The translations under genes and the position numbers were made by a program. From Eledone cirrhosa (Eukaryota), in assembly GCA_964016885.1 (NCBI GenBank), contig OZ024746.1, positions 44,392,001 through 44,456,000 of the forward strand: DNA of 64,000 bases, read 5' to 3'. Positions 36,151-51,063 of this stretch are shown here, in pieces. Each line of letters starts with the position of its first letter. Within the stretch, counting starts at the first letter, position 1. The notes under the pieces are model-generated. The model searched no databases and had not been told where the DNA came from. It saw nothing but the letters and a program-made list of their open reading frames with translations.

Positions 36151-38700
36151 TTATTTGTTAAGCACAAGGGGTTCACACCAAGAAAACATTACGGACGGCA
36201 CATATAATCCAGTGTGAGTTTCTTTTTCTTTTGTATTTTTCGTGTAAGAGTATAACAAAATCAACGTCAAATTAAAACGAAAGAAGATTCTCCAATAGAG
36301 GTGAGACATCCGAGGTCTACTCATTGAAAAACCTATAAAATTCCATGATCCCCTCCACAGGGCAAGTGCATTTTCCCAGTTGTCTCCTTCCAATCGACAG
36401 GTGCATGCTCAGAGCAGACATATTCTCTCGGACCATGCTCACCACTCAAGTTTATTTATCACCAAATTTCCTGATAGACATCTCTTCCTACTCCACGCTC
36501 AACTTTCTTTTCAAGTGTAACGTGAAAACCTCTACGCGGAAAATGTCTGTCTTCAGGCATTTCAATTTTGTCCACCATACAACCACTTTCCCCATTGCCA
36601 CCAGAAAAATAAAACATTCCTGCTACGTTAGGTCAGAGTAATATGACAGAGTGATCCTCACACTGGACTCAGCTGATAGCTAGATCCGTGATACACATGA
36701 TAGCAGCTATTTGACATAATTCCACGAATCAGTAATGCCCGGACATTTGACGAACGTGTGCAGTACGGTTTTGTCGCCCTTTGCACTACTCTGATAAGCC
36801 TGGCTGATGGGACTACCATTACTCTAGAGCTTATGCCAAACTGGCAATTATCCCGGTAACACTGTCAGGCCCTGAGGCATGTATGCAATGTCCACCCAAA
36901 AAGACTAGTCAATTAAGTTTAATCGACGCTATGTCCAACCAATCTTTTCTGATAAAATTTCGCTACTTTAACATTTTGTAGACTCTTAGCCTGGTGCTGA
37001 TCAATCGATATAGTAGGTGTCCGAAACTACTCCTCTGACGTCCGCATAAACCGACACGGATCCACCCCAACCATGTCTCTATTTTTCTACAGATCTAGAA
37101 TCAGTACATAGGGAATAGACGAAAGAGAACAACCTCGGCGGACCGAACCCATATATACTGAAGGGTACAGGAAGGTGACCGTTTACTCTATCCAAGGAGC
37201 AGATTTTGCTGTACATTGCAGTGGTGCAGAACCTGCAGACGCGGATAAAACCAACTGCTTTGAGGACAGCGGCCAAGTATTGTTGGTCGAACAAAATATG
37301 AACTTTTGATTGATTTATGAAGATCGGGTCTCCACTACAGCCAGGATTTCTTATACCACCTTTTGATGTATCCCATGAGGTAGAAATTGTTGTGGATGGC
37401 GTATGTCTGTGGCCCCAAATCAGAGCAACAACGACTAGCAACAACCTCCTTGATAACACTGGCCAAAATATTAAACTATTAACTGAATATTGTCAATCTG
37501 GCTTTCCTTTTTTCTTTAATCACAGAATACAGCATTGTCTCGTTCTGCTGCTAGTTGCGGCCCATATCTGCCAAGAGATTACTCAATAAGTCTAGAATAT
37601 AAATGTAAAGCTCGTAGGGCAGACCATCAGAAGTAAAAGATCCCCCACCCCTCGTGCAGCTAGTTATTACTCTGCATTTCATTGGTTGTTGTTGGCTTTT
37701 CGGTGTCGAGAGTTCCGATAAGCCGAGGCACTGAGATTCATTCTGCAATCCGGCCCCCTACTCATCTCGAACAACTTAACAACGTGCCACTAGAAAGCTG
37801 CATATATGCTTGGAATATGTTCTCTGTTATCTTCGAGGGCCAGGAGCGATGGTTTCAGCTTCCATTAAGTCTAACTAGATCAGCCATATAGATCATAACT
37901 GTGTGGTCTGTGTGGTCGAACAAACGATTTACCTTGTATGTCCATGATGAAGCTCTGTATCGCGAGATCCAAGCGTTTTCGTAGCAAGACACTAATTCAG
38001 CCTCCCAATCCTGACTGACTTGGAGATGCATATATGCCGTAGCTAGCAAATATGTGTAGGAAAGCTCGTGACCCGGAAATTCTGGTCTCACCAAAGCCGT
38101 TACATTTATATCTAATGATATGATGCCATTGAGCATTCACACAGCCTAATTTGATCAAGACTAGAAGGAAAACATTCTTGTGGGAGGAATTCTACGTCTT
38201 TTCGGCTAAGTGTCTGTGTTTTCATGAGCAATCACTGAATATTATTTTGGTGGTGTCCTCTCGAAAGTTCCCAATTCCATCAGGTACTTTAGTTTTAAAT
38301 CTTTGTGATTTCTGTTTTTAGATGCTTTGTACGTTAGCTGTTATGATAATTGTTGGTGTGATGAAGTTATTTCATGTAATGTTTGTGTTGGTGTATATGG
38401 TTTATTGAATAACCATTACTTCTGGTTATGATTATGTAGCTTGTGAAACATTTCTTTTGTTGGTTTCGCCTTTCGAGGCCCTGTTGAGGGAGCTGTTGCT
38501 GCTATTATGGGTGTGAATTGGGTTGTGTTTAAAGTATCTGAAGTAGTGATGGTGGTGGTGTGAAACTTGGTGTTCGTATTATTTTTAGAAGAGCGGTTTT
38601 CAATTTTCTTTTCCAACCATTCTGTGCGGGCATGTTTGTCTCTTTCATCCGTTTTCTCTCCTTTTTATTTAACTTTCCACGCTTTCATTTGATCTCCCCC
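36151..38700 (-). mobile_element. Older, deleted and degenerate Tx1 relative
   Basis: The 3' end resembles the start of copy 1 at 21686. Peptide relics SDGLPYELY..DLL..LLAD, YLAAVLKAVGF, RVNGHL and SLDINVTA are present. The ORF1 C-terminal relic lies at about 38230-38420. Confidence 0.75.
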
Positions 38701-38828
38701 ATCACACAACATATCCTAGAGATTCTAAGTAGGATAGTGCATGCCCTACGTTGCCGTGTTTTGGTTGGGGCTTTCTTTTGCTGATGTTAGTCATGTGGTT
38801 TCTGCTGCTGCTGTTGGAGGTTTTGTGG

Positions 38829-38830
<2 letters not shown>

Positions 38831-38889
<59 letters not shown>

Positions 38890-38940
38890 CGTTGGTGTTG
38901 GTAGTAGTAGTAATTGTAATAGTAATAGTAGTAGTAGTAT
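38831..38940. repeat. (AGT)n microsatellite
   Basis: Seen directly in the sequence. Confidence 0.95.
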
Positions 38941-39769
38941 GACTGTTTATATAGATGGCGATGATGACGCACACAATTCTAATGCTACTTATAATAACAA
39001 TAATAAATACCCTAAATGATAATAGAGATCCAATAACATTTTTAAGTGCTAAATTTTATTTACACATGTTAGTCTCTTTGAATTCTTGCAATTGCCAGAT
39101 TTGTTCGTATAACAATATCGCTGCATGAGATTATAAGCGTTTAGGTGTTATGTGGGCGTCATTATGTTAGTGAGATTCAACATATCTTTTTAAATTTTAA
39201 CCGACACTAAAACGCAAATAAATATCCAGAAAATATTCCATTAAGCAATCTAGATAACAAAATGAAACATATATTTGTAATGGCTATATTCATTGATAAT
39301 ATAAAGATGTGAAACATAAAAGCTGTATGACATTTTGAAATTATTTTAATAACGTTTCTAACAATGAATACATGATTAATTAGTTTAATAACATATATAA
39401 AACAATTACCACATATGGAATGAAGCAATGGCTGTTAAATGACATATACACTTAAATTTTTTGTTAATTCAAAAAAGTTCTGGTGTACCACAAATATATG
39501 GATACGAAGTTCAACAACATTTATAAAATGAATACCATTTATGGAGTGAAATAACGATTGTTGAGAAGTATAACCCCGTCAAGATTTTCATCATGTTGAC
39601 ACCAACACGAAGAGAAAGGCAGGAACACATTGTTAGCCTTTCTAACTGGCCACATATCAGCAACGAATTGGAACTAAGCAATACGAGTAAGGCCGTCTCA
39701 ATTTAAGCTTTGGACATGCGTTCAGCTGCCACAAAGTAATTGACTCTGTAACCTAACTACGACTATAAT

Positions 39770-40322
39770 CCTTTTCACCCACTTATTCCTGAGAAGATCT
39801 TGGGGGCAGAGTCCTCAAACACTCCTTCCAGTAGGTTCTGTCAGAAGAAACCATCTCCAACTGATCCGGCTGGATCCGAAAACGAGACCAGCTGAGTTCA
39901 TGGATGTTATCCAACCATCTTTCCCGGGGTTTACCCTTGGTTCTCCAGTCGGTTGACTTTACCTGTAAAATCTGATGTATGGCAGGAGGCTGAATTAAGT
40001 GCAAGGATTCCAGGAACTGGCTGCTGCAGTAATGCACCAGCTTCAGGATTCAGTAATCAGAATAAGAGAGGAAGGTAGGCATAACAGAAAAAACTCCCTA
40101 TCTTCTATTCGGCATTCATGTCAACACATACATATGGTCACGAATATTGGGTAATGACCGAAAGTATACACGAAATGGGGTTCTTCCGAAGTGTCTTTGG
40201 AGTAAAGTTACTCGATAGAGTGCGTAGCTCAGAGATCAGAGAGTAACTCCAGGTAGAGCCACTACTTCTCCGTATTCAGAAAGCACAGCTCCGATACAAT
40301 AGAATATCTCAGGAAAGAACTA
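39770..40322 (-). mobile_element. RTE LINE with a 5' inversion
   Basis: 39770-39974 is the 3' end on the minus strand (homologous to 3230-3425). 39975-40322 is the directly preceding segment on the plus strand (homologous to 2858-3225). Confidence 0.8.
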
Positions 40323-42214
40323 CGAGTATATCGAATAGAAATATTGAGTTAAATGATCTGGTCACTGGCAAAGCGCCGTATTAATAGTATCATAATAGCA
40401 ATTGATTCTTATCAAGATTGTAATCGGAAAGAGTGGTAGTATGGATGGTAAGTTACCAGAGTGCTGTGTTCATTATCTAGTTTAAACAATTGTTGACTCA
40501 TCGTTTATAGACATTTAAGTTTAATTTAAATGTCAATGTTTAACAAGTGAAGAAAAGAAAAACTGAATATCATACCATCCTATTTTCTTTCATTTATAAA
40601 TAGATGTGCTGGTAATATTTAAGTGGTTTCAAGATGAAAAGAGAACAGCAGCAAATAGTGGCACTTACTTTAGATTAGAGTTTTTAAAAATGAAATCAGT
40701 TTTCGAACATATTTTTTAAGAGTGTTAATATGAAAATAATCATACTAGACTAGATCCTGAAGAAATCGAAACATGCAGTTTTATGGACTGCAATTTTATT
40801 GAGGATTATTGCTGATACTAGGTTTCGGTTTTCCTGAGAAATCTGAAATACATTAAACTGATTAAAATGTAAATGGGGTCAGATAAAAGCAATATCTATC
40901 AATTATCAATTGAAACACTAAGCAGTGTTATATGATGTTTATATATTTCCATTTGGCATATTTTGACTTTTTCAATTATTAGCAGATCTTTAAGAAGTAG
41001 CTTAATCTTCAGATCGATAGGAAGTTATTTGCGTGTATGATAGTAATGTATTTTAATCAATATGCTTCATTTCTACATGTTCCTGGTGATAATATAAAAT
41101 TTCAAATACCATTTTATTCAAAGATGAATTTGGAATTTATGACTTCCATGAGATCAAAGAAAATTAGTTTAGTTTTCAAGTAATCTATAGTACTCTTTGT
41201 GGGGGATAAAACAACCATTAAATAAAAGCAAAAACGAATGAGTCGTCAAGGAATGTAATAGCTTAAACTGAAACTCCTTAAATTAGAATATATTCTATTT
41301 TGACAAAATCACACACATGTTTCTAATATCTATGTAGGATGCTATAGACGTATATAGTATTGTTGTGTGCTGAGATAAAATTTATTTTTCATTCTTCTGG
41401 TGCCGATAAATTAAAGCACCTGTGCGAGAATTGATTTAATCAATTAAATCCGCCTTTAAATGTGCCCAAATATGAGGTTTCATGCAATGTTTGAAATAAC
41501 AATTATTGTCGTCGTGTAGCAAATAGGAAAACGGTGATGTGTCATGCATGTAGTTGATTTAAAGAGCTGTTGTTTCAAATTCACCATTTCTCTTTCTACC
41601 AACTGTAGCAGGCTATGGTAAATAATTTAGGATGCAAAGTGGTGGAAAGGACATACGGTATTCGCTCAATGCTGCAAAGGATCTGTACGCCGGCAACTAC
41701 TGGTGATGGCCTGATCGGAGATTATTAAAGTGGATCTTGAAACCAACTATTATCAGTAATATTCTATATTATTCTAGAACAGTTTAAGTGTATATTATTT
41801 AACAGTTGTTTGCAACACCTCTCAGATATGCTTCAATATAGATACAGAAAGAATGTTGCCAATCAAATATAGAAAGTGAACATAACTAAACTAAATAAGA
41901 CCAGATCAAATTGTACAACATATTATACAATTTGGAGGTATAATATTCAGATTAGTCATCAGTTCGCTCTTGAGCGTTTCTGGTAACATGTAACCCAGTA
42001 CAATCTGCTGCACGGTCAGTTTGCCGGCGACTAAAATTGCAATCTCACCAAGCTTGCTTGGTGAGGAGGGTGGCGTTTGGAAACTTTGCGGGACGAAACA
42101 CGAAACCCACTAAAGGATGAATGAATTCAACGGCCATCCATTTATTCGTATACATAAACATGTATCCATATATGTTTAAATATATATGCGTTTATCTGAA
42201 CCAACTCACAGTGC

Positions 42215-42518
42215 CTAGCGTGGAGAGTATGGTACACCCCCTAGACCATGCCAGACAATACAATGAAAGGTCCTCAGTCCTCGGTAGCTCTGGAGTCATA
42301 ACCCAAGACCATCAAAGTGATGGAAAGGACTCCACAAGAGTGGGAAAGACCAAGATGATAGCCAAGTGTGAGATGGATAGACGCTTGTACTCGTCATTTG
42401 TGACCCGAATACTAAGGACTGGTCCGTGACCGACGTTGCTGATGGCAGTCCAAGTAGGGGTTTATTCTCCAGGAGTGATAATGCCTTGAAGAAATGAAAT
42501 GAAAGTGAATTGAAAGTA
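42215..42518 (+). mobile_element. Probable LINE 3' end (RTE-like) with a (GAAAT)-type tail
   Basis: GC-richer segment ending in gaagaaatgaaatgaaagtgaattgaaag. No decisive peptide motif. Confidence 0.35.
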
Positions 42519-43049
42519 GAAGATGTATGTAGTGTCAATGTCTTCGGTGAACCCTTTTACAACAATCTTGCACATGACGCTTGTCCGAAATCAATGTTTT
42601 GTTTCACTATGTCAATCAAAAGTGTTTTCGTTACAGTAATAACACACCAATACACCTCTGTAAAACATTTTCAGTCAATATTTACCAGATAATTTTAGAA
42701 ATATTCCCTATAAATCTCATACTGGATGCTATAATGTTTAATGATCTAGTGTCGTGAGTTTTTTATCTTCAACTATGCGAATTGCAATGTAGTATTTCTG
42801 ACCATGATACGTTTGAGACGACTAAAGTTGTCAATAATCCCAACGATTAATGTAGTCTTTCATGATTACCAGCTCCTCCTTCCAACTTAGTTTGCTCAAA
42901 TATAACCGTCTCCAGTTCATTCTCACTCTTGCTATATAACTTCAGCTCATCCATGACAGCAAATAATCGATGTCTGTTATTTTTCCTAAAATTAACAGGT
43001 TTTATATTCCACGATTCAAGAGGAAATGGGATGAGAGATATGACAAATA

Positions 43050-43240
43050 ATTATTTCTACTTTTGGCACAAGGCCAGCAAATTAATCACTGCATTACTGG
43101 TACTTTATTTTATCGACCCGGTAAGGTTGAAAGGCAAAGTTAACCTCGGCTGGATTTGAACTCAGAATGGCAAGGGCCGTAACTCTATACGTCAAAGTAT
43201 GGTGTCCGACCATCCTACCGATACTGCCAATTCACCGCTC
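43050..43240 (-). mobile_element. SINE
   Basis: Colinear with 4852-5037. Confidence 0.85.
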
Positions 43241-43929
43241 TTTATGGACTGCAATTATGGACAAATAATAGGGGTGGTAAACTATTCCCTTGAAACATCT
43301 CCCGGCCTATTTTGACTCGACCAGATGATTGTCTTCATGGTGTTCTGAGAAATTTGAACAAGAGTGAGTACATATCAGATCATTGGTATTTGTTAAACCC
43401 AGCATTTTTCAACTTAGGCACAATATTGGCATTGTTGCTTCCATCACACACAATTAATTAAATTCGTATTGTCATGGCTGAAGTTACGAGTTAAAAGAAG
43501 GTCAACAAATTAGTGCAAGGTTCTAAATTAATGCTTACACCTTCCATGAGTTGGTTTGAAATAATTCATCGAATCATGCAATTATCCTACCATTAAATTA
43601 TCACTCTCAATCCATATAATATACTTGCAATAATTTTCTTCTAAACTACATTTCTAACTATTGTAAATAAATTGCTATTCCTGAAATTAGGTTCCCCTTG
43701 AAATAGTACGTTGAATGTTATTCAGTAATACACCAAACAAAATACCGCCTTCTATCTATTGTCCTTTCCACTAATCATCAAATCCTGATTAGCTATACAT
43801 CGTAATATGTGTGCTTTTTCATCTCTTTATGTGTTACCTAAATAACTAACTTGCCGAGTTAACGTACAGATGAATAATCATTTTACTTACTATCCATAAA
43901 TCTGTTATCGACTATTCGATATCGGCAAC

Positions 43930-44255
43930 AGTACAGCCGAATGGTTAAGAAAATAGGTTTGCGGTAATTAGGTCTTGAGTCGGATTCAAATGCGTGGGAT
44001 TTTGGAAAAGTATTATATGACATAACCTCGGGTCGATTCACGCTTTGAGGAATGAAATTGAGTAGAGGAAATCTCTTTGGAAGTCCGTCGGACTGACTGT
44101 ACCTGTAATTTAAGTGCCAAACCCGAAACACATTGTCACGCTGAACACCCCTTCTGAGAATTACCTTGGCATATTTGAAATACTCAGCTATTTACACGTT
44201 AACTCTATGAACACGATGTTCCGTTGCTCGAAACTGGTCGTCGAAACTGATATAG
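43930..44255 (+). mobile_element. Possible second, degenerate tRNA-derived SINE family
   Basis: A-box-like agccgaatggttaag and B-box-like ggattcaaatgc. The body differs from the first family. Confidence 0.35.
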
Positions 44256-44448
44256 GTCCATAGTCAGAATGCTCATAGAAGGTAAATTGCTGGTATTCCT
44301 TAGTTTAGGATCTTGGGATCTTCCACAATTTACTGTTGCGTCTGAGGTTGTTATTATGGCTGACGTTGTTGTTTTAAACAATAGACGTGGCTGAACTCGA
44401 AGAAAGAAAGACTTATTTAACCTTGTAAGCTGAAATGCAAGTATATAA

Positions 44449-44665
44449 CGGTTTCTGATTTAGACACAAGGCCAACAATTTATGGGGAAAGGGAAAGTCG
44501 ATTAAATCGACCCTAGTGCATTACTGGTACTTTATTTTATCGACCCTGTAAGGATGAAAAGCAAAGTTAACCTCGGCGGAATTTGAACTCAGAATGTAAA
44601 GGGTCGTAACTCTATGCTACAAAGCATGTTGTCCGATGCTCTATCGATACTGCCAATCAACCGCC
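44449..44665 (-). mobile_element. SINE with a 15-bp TSD
   Basis: TSD aatgcaagtatataa at 44434-44448 and 44666-44680. Confidence 0.88.
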
Positions 44666-45221
44666 AATGCAAGTATATAATAATGATCGCTCAACAACTA
44701 AGCCACTACTGAATTTATTTATCGCCGGAAATCAAATGTGGCTACATTTAGAAAATGTTCGTGCAAATAATGAAGAAAATCAATAGTTTTTATTTACATT
44801 ACAATTTTAAATGCAATCTCTCTTCACTTCTTCTCCAACGTTGATTTTTTCTAAATCTTCTTGTACATCTCAGGCTTGAAATTTCTTTTAGCATATCACA
44901 TATGGCTTGTTTATTTCAACTCTGAGGTACAATATTTTTAGTCTGGTATATTAGAGATATTTTAGCTTACACTTATATATGAAGCTGTTTACTGATATAT
45001 CTAAAAACTATTTTGTTCTTTCCCTTACAGCACATGAGAAGGCTTTTACTTCAACTTCCACTTTATCCTTGATATTGTCATACTATATTGTTGTAATCTT
45101 GGATGTTTTTATCCCTCCCTGTATTGTTATTGTAGTAAATAGATTAATAGGAAAGACTTCCAAGGCAGTATCACGCTCTCACTCATTCACACACACATAT
45201 ATATACATACTATACACACGT

Positions 45222-45288
<67 letters not shown>

Positions 45289-45299
45289 TGTGTTTGTGT

Positions 45300-47510
45300 G
45301 TGTGAATTCATAGAAGAATTAGAAAACTCAGCGCTAAAACAGATATTAAAACAGCTAAATGCTGTCAATGACAACGATGGGCAAAAATACCCCAAAGGAC
45401 AGAAGGGTTCAAATGTTCGAATACAAGTGTTCGAACATGTTACCAGAAATATGCACCTCAACACAGTACTGGAAATAAATAAGCTACACAAAGTGGACTG
45501 ACAAATATATTAGTGGAAGCTTGAAACGAGAAGTACACCAAGTAGAGTCTTTAAAAGAAGGTGCACTGAGGAAAGAAGTCCCCAAATGATTAGAGACAAA
45601 ATACCACGTAGAAAAGAGCCTACAAGTTATAATTGAAGAACTGAAGTAAGAAAACGACAGTAAACAGAGCTAGGATTGCACTGTATAAGAGTGGAATATA
45701 TAGCCTCCTGCAGAACAGGCTGTCCTAGAATAATCAGAAGAGAGTATCAGAGAAATTGTAGTGAGTTGAACGATATAACGATGAAGTAATATAGACAGAG
45801 GTACGCAATGAGCTTTGGAGTTATATATAGAGACAGAAGGTTATCCACAATGAGGATGCAAACTAACGAAATCTGAGATAATTAGAATGGCAGGTTATGG
45901 AATAATTACTCAGGGGCTGATTTCATAATACATTGTAGAACTACCTAATTGAACGTCTCCTGAACTAGACGGCTTGTAAGTATTCTGTTTGAAGAACGTT
46001 AAAAAACCTAGCTGAATCCTGGAAAACCTATTGGATTCAAGTCTTCAGTGTAGCTAAATCCTGAATTGGAAGACTAACGGTGAAAACAACACAGATCATG
46101 AAGGACAAACAGAAAATGATCGTGGTCTCAAACTACACACCAATAACTTGCCTCACAGTACTATGGAAATCGTAAACAAGTTTATTTGCAGAAAGTATCA
46201 ATGCTCATCAAGTGGAACAGAAACGGTTTCGGGGCAATTCAAGAAGAACAAAAGACCAGCTGTTGATAAGAAATTACAAGAGAAGATAAAACGAAGTTAA
46301 GAATAGAGTCAATCTATTACAAGAAAGTGTATGATATTGTTATCCGTACTTGGACTTTGAAGACATTCAAATTGTTCAGAATTGTAGACAGAATTATTGC
46401 ACCGATGAAAGTAAATTGACTAGAGTGGATAACAGAACTAACACCGGGAAGATAGTCACATAGCGGAGTTAAAATAGATTAGGGCATTTTTCAAGGGGAT
46501 AGTTTATCACTCAAATATTTGTCATTTCTCTCATCTCATTCCCGTCTGAATTGAAGAAAATAAAACCCGGATATATTTTAGGAACAAACGACAGAAGTCA
46601 ATCATTTGCCAGGAGTTCTATGGCATGAGAGTGAACTGGTGACTGTTATAGTTAAGCAGAAAAGTGGGAGGGCAAGAGTTAATAAACATAAAAGTCTGCG
46701 AAGGATAGAGAAGTACATTGTGATAATGAATAAGGTATCTTAATAGCAGTAGTAGGTGTTTAGACATTATGTTAAAGAAGAGAACAAGTGAATTTTTCAA
46801 AAGTAGAAAGCAAAAATATGAGCAGATATATTTACAGTGTCCAGTATACTGAAGGTTACCCAGACAAAATGTCATTCCGCTGGCTAAAAAAGAGAGGGGG
46901 TGAGGCTTAAGCGTAACCACACAGAATCAGGCAATCAGAACGAAATATGTGAAAAACGAATACAGTTAAATACGACATCCTGTTTGCATGTAGAATATGT
47001 GAAGAAAGAAAATGGACGGTGACGCATATGTTCTCTGGATGTAAGGTGCTTGCTCAAAACCATTATAAGAAGTAGAGACACGACAAAGTTGTCACAATGT
47101 TACATTGAATGTGAAAAAAGTTTAAATTTAAACATGCGAAGAAATGGTATGACCACGAACCTGAACGTGCCTTTTTAAACAACTACGTGCAAGTATTATA
47201 GAATATGAAGATTAAAAGAAATAAGCAAATGGAGCGCCCATGATCAGATAATGTAATACTCAGTAAATAGGAAAAATTGTGTTGGTTAAACGATGTTGAT
47301 TACCAATTTAATAATAAATATGTCCCTGAAATGCAGAGAATCTGGAATTGCTATCAATTAATTATCAGGCCAGGCCAGTTGTAATAGGAGCCATAGCACC
47401 AGTGTCTAAAAGTTTGAATGGTTGATTAAAGAGTTGAATTTGCTACAGAAATATTGTTTCCTTTGCCCAGCTACATTTATACGAAAGGTACTAGAGAGCT
47501 AAGAGTGTAG
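45300..47510 (+). mobile_element. Highly degenerate R4/Dong-like relic
   Basis: Relic motifs for KDQLL, YKKVYD, GIFQGDSLS (46483-46510), C..C and RHDKV, with many stops and frameshifts. Confidence 0.7.
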
Positions 47511-48185
47511 AAGAAAACGAGATATATAGCTATGCGGATACCATTAAAAGAAGAACATAATGCTGGCTATAGAGAAGATAAGAAGACGACGAAGAAGTAG
47601 AACAACTATAATAATAATAACAAAAATAACAACAACAACAATAATAATGATAATAGTGGGCATAACAACGTGCATCGAAAGTGCATTTCTCCGAAAATAT
47701 CAATTAACATCGATGAAATAACAAGGAAGGAAGGAAATTGAAAACAAATGGCTGAAGGATAACTGTATATGTAATACATTATTATTATCGTTATATTTTT
47801 GCTTTTTTGCTTAATATATATATATAATGCTTTGCACATCATTTAATGGCCGATTTACCACCATAGACAAACGCTCGATTAACTAATACGCTAATGGCTG
47901 ATAAACCACCACATCGAAGTACAATAACGGAGCATATATCATATCTCGACCAACGAAATTCAGCTCTACACATAAACATAGAAATATGAAAATGAATAGA
48001 AACAACCTCATTTATTGGTCCAGAATTATATGGAGAGCGCGTGCTTTCAATTTGTGACACAACATATATACGGAAAATATATTGTAGAAAGTTCGACATC
48101 GCCAGAAATAATTACGTCGGAAACCGATATAATGGTAACAATAAAGGGTCGGATTAAAACTAACCCACTTTAGCAAATAAGCCAT

Positions 48186-48197
48186 ACTGCTACTACA

Positions 48198-48280
<83 letters not shown>

Positions 48281-48285
48281 GGCTG
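48186..48285. repeat. (ACT)n-(GCT)n microsatellite
   Basis: Seen directly in the sequence. Confidence 0.95.
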
Positions 48286-50984
48286 CGGTTGCCGTCGCAG
48301 CTTCTTTATGCGAAAGTTTGAAGGATGGAATTTTGGCCGTGACGGCTCTGGCTGCTGTGAGAGTGTCGAGATGTGAGTGAGCGAGCACGCCTGCGCTAAC
48401 CAACGTAGAGAAGTATACAAATATGTATATGAAATTCTGCGTATACATACATATACAACCACATAGAAAGGTTGTATGGAAAAGGAGGCATAGCGAATTT
48501 TATCGTAGCCTCTAATATTTTATTTAGTGATATGGCCGTAAGAGAAACAGCTTAGCTTCGGGTACAACGATATGTTGGTACAACCATAAATAGCTGAACT
48601 ACGGAGTGTAGAGTCACTAGCTGCGTGGAGCTAGATAGAGTCTGGAAGTGGTGGGGGTGGAATGAATGTTGGGAAACATTGAGTACCGACGATGCCACAA
48701 TCTTGGAGCATGTGTAAGTTTGCGTGTATTTGTGTATGTATGTGTGTGTGTGTATGCATGTGTGTGTGTATGTGTATGTATACGTATATACACAAAATGA
48801 AGTCGTCCAGTGTCCATGAACCACATCAGGGATTAGCAAATTGGCTTTTCCCAGTTTCTAAAAAACATAAAACAAATTGGTTATGTTGTCAGTGGCTACA
48901 CCGGCAACACTACCTAGCTTCCTTTTATCCCTGTGGGATAAAGAAAACATCGGGCAGTGGAACTGAAGAGATTCAATGGCCATCTAATATGTGTAAACAA
49001 AGATAGTATGTTTAGGAGAAGAATCATTCTGGTTTCAAAACTGGGGTAGTTAGTACTCCTTAATCACTAAGGTGACAACATTTCAAGTATATCATGTGAA
49101 GACAGGGCTCTTTAATCTTGGTTGATGAACATTCTAGAGGTGATGATTCGGTGAAAAACACTGGGGTTCGCACAACTCTGTAAACGCTAATCACGCCTTG
49201 TGTATATGGTACAACATCAAATTGTACGCTGCTGATGATAAACAACAAGACGAACAGTTGAATGTTAATAGAAATTGCTATAGGGCATGAATAAAACAAA
49301 ATAATTAATTCAAGGTTTCGAGAACCCAAAAATACAAAACTAAGTTTCGAAAGACAAATAGTTATGAAGAATAAAGAAAACCAGCTCGAAAAATCCATAG
49401 CCTAAACTAAAGATGGAAGTACACAATCCCATCATAAGATGATTGCAAAAGAATCCATTACCGAAACAAGCTCAACTGAGTGGAAGTAGAAAAGGACAGC
49501 TCATGACTCAATATAAGAACATATTTGATATATTGTAAGACATATTCATAGCTACGACAATATAGAATACATTTGTTGCTTTTGTGGATAATCTCCTGAG
49601 ACATTAGACCATATTCTATCTGGATGATTAGCAAAACTGCCCTACATTCACCTTACCGCCAACTTTCAACTGTTGCAAGAAATTATTCCCTGGTACTCAT
49701 ATAACTCCACCTGTCTTAGAGAATGACAATGCAAAACTACAACAGTATTTTGATATACTATTATGTAGCCAGAGAGTAGCTGATATCACATTTCTCAAAG
49801 ACAAAACAGGAAAACAAGCATGTTATCTACATAGAAATATTAAAATGATTATACCATTGAACACAAGAAAGCTGATAACTAAGAAGTTATATCGATCTAA
49901 CTGGTGAACTACACCATGTTTGGCAGTTAATGAATGTGTCCATCATTACATGTTATGTTGATCGGTACAACTAGAGTTATGTACACATATCACTGTAAAG
50001 ACAGAGAAAATTGTTCTTTTCCACTAATCTGACAAAATTTAATTGATCTTGTAATACAAAGGGCCAGATTGTGTTACGAGAACTGCGTTTAGTGGAGATG
50101 TGTCTGTGTAATGTTCAGCCATGTACCCCTTAATTTCATGAAGTAGAATACTCATTGTCGGAACCGATAGCAGTCCAATCTATATAATTTATTTTACTTT
50201 TTCTTTGTTACTCGCAAGTCTAATGTTGAGCAATTAATATATTATGAGCTAAGATATAAACCCACCGACATTGCGGTTAGCCCCCTTCTCATAGGCCATA
50301 CATAAAGATACACTGAGGCACGTTTTAGTAAATAGCCATAATAGGATCTAGAAATATACTTACGCAGCATAAGTTAACCTGAAATTTATCTGTTACTCAG
50401 AAACATTCTCCTTAACCTTAATTTTCAATGCATTTTCTTTTTGCCAGAAAGGAAACACTTTACATATTTCTCAATATCCATAAATTATAATGAAGGTGAT
50501 GATAATCTAAACTATAATAAAGGAAGGTCTGCGGGACTGCGTAAGGTTTATTTTTTTTTTATCCCGTTAGTAAAATAATTTCGTAAAAATAAATAATTTA
50601 AAATTGACTTCTTTTCAAAGTTGAACTTCCGGTATATCATTGCCACCACCACCACTTCAAGTACCATATATCTAGAAAGAGAGAGTGTGGCGATCACTTA
50701 AATAAACATACTAATTTTCTGTCACTAATTTTCTCCTAATGCAGTTTATATATAATATCGTCTTATTTTTAATGTATCATGCATGGATTACGTTACTGAT
50801 TACATAAGACAGTGCAACAACGTCTTCGTTCAATTTCTGTTTATATTGTCAATTACAATTTTATTTGATGTTATCATATCTACATGTATATATACTTGCG
50901 TATAATATCAAAATACACATTACACATGCTACCAGAAAACCACCCAAAGGGTGGTTTTTCTGCTAGTGATGATAATGATGAGAG

Positions 50985-50986
50985 TG

Positions 50987-51063
<77 letters not shown>

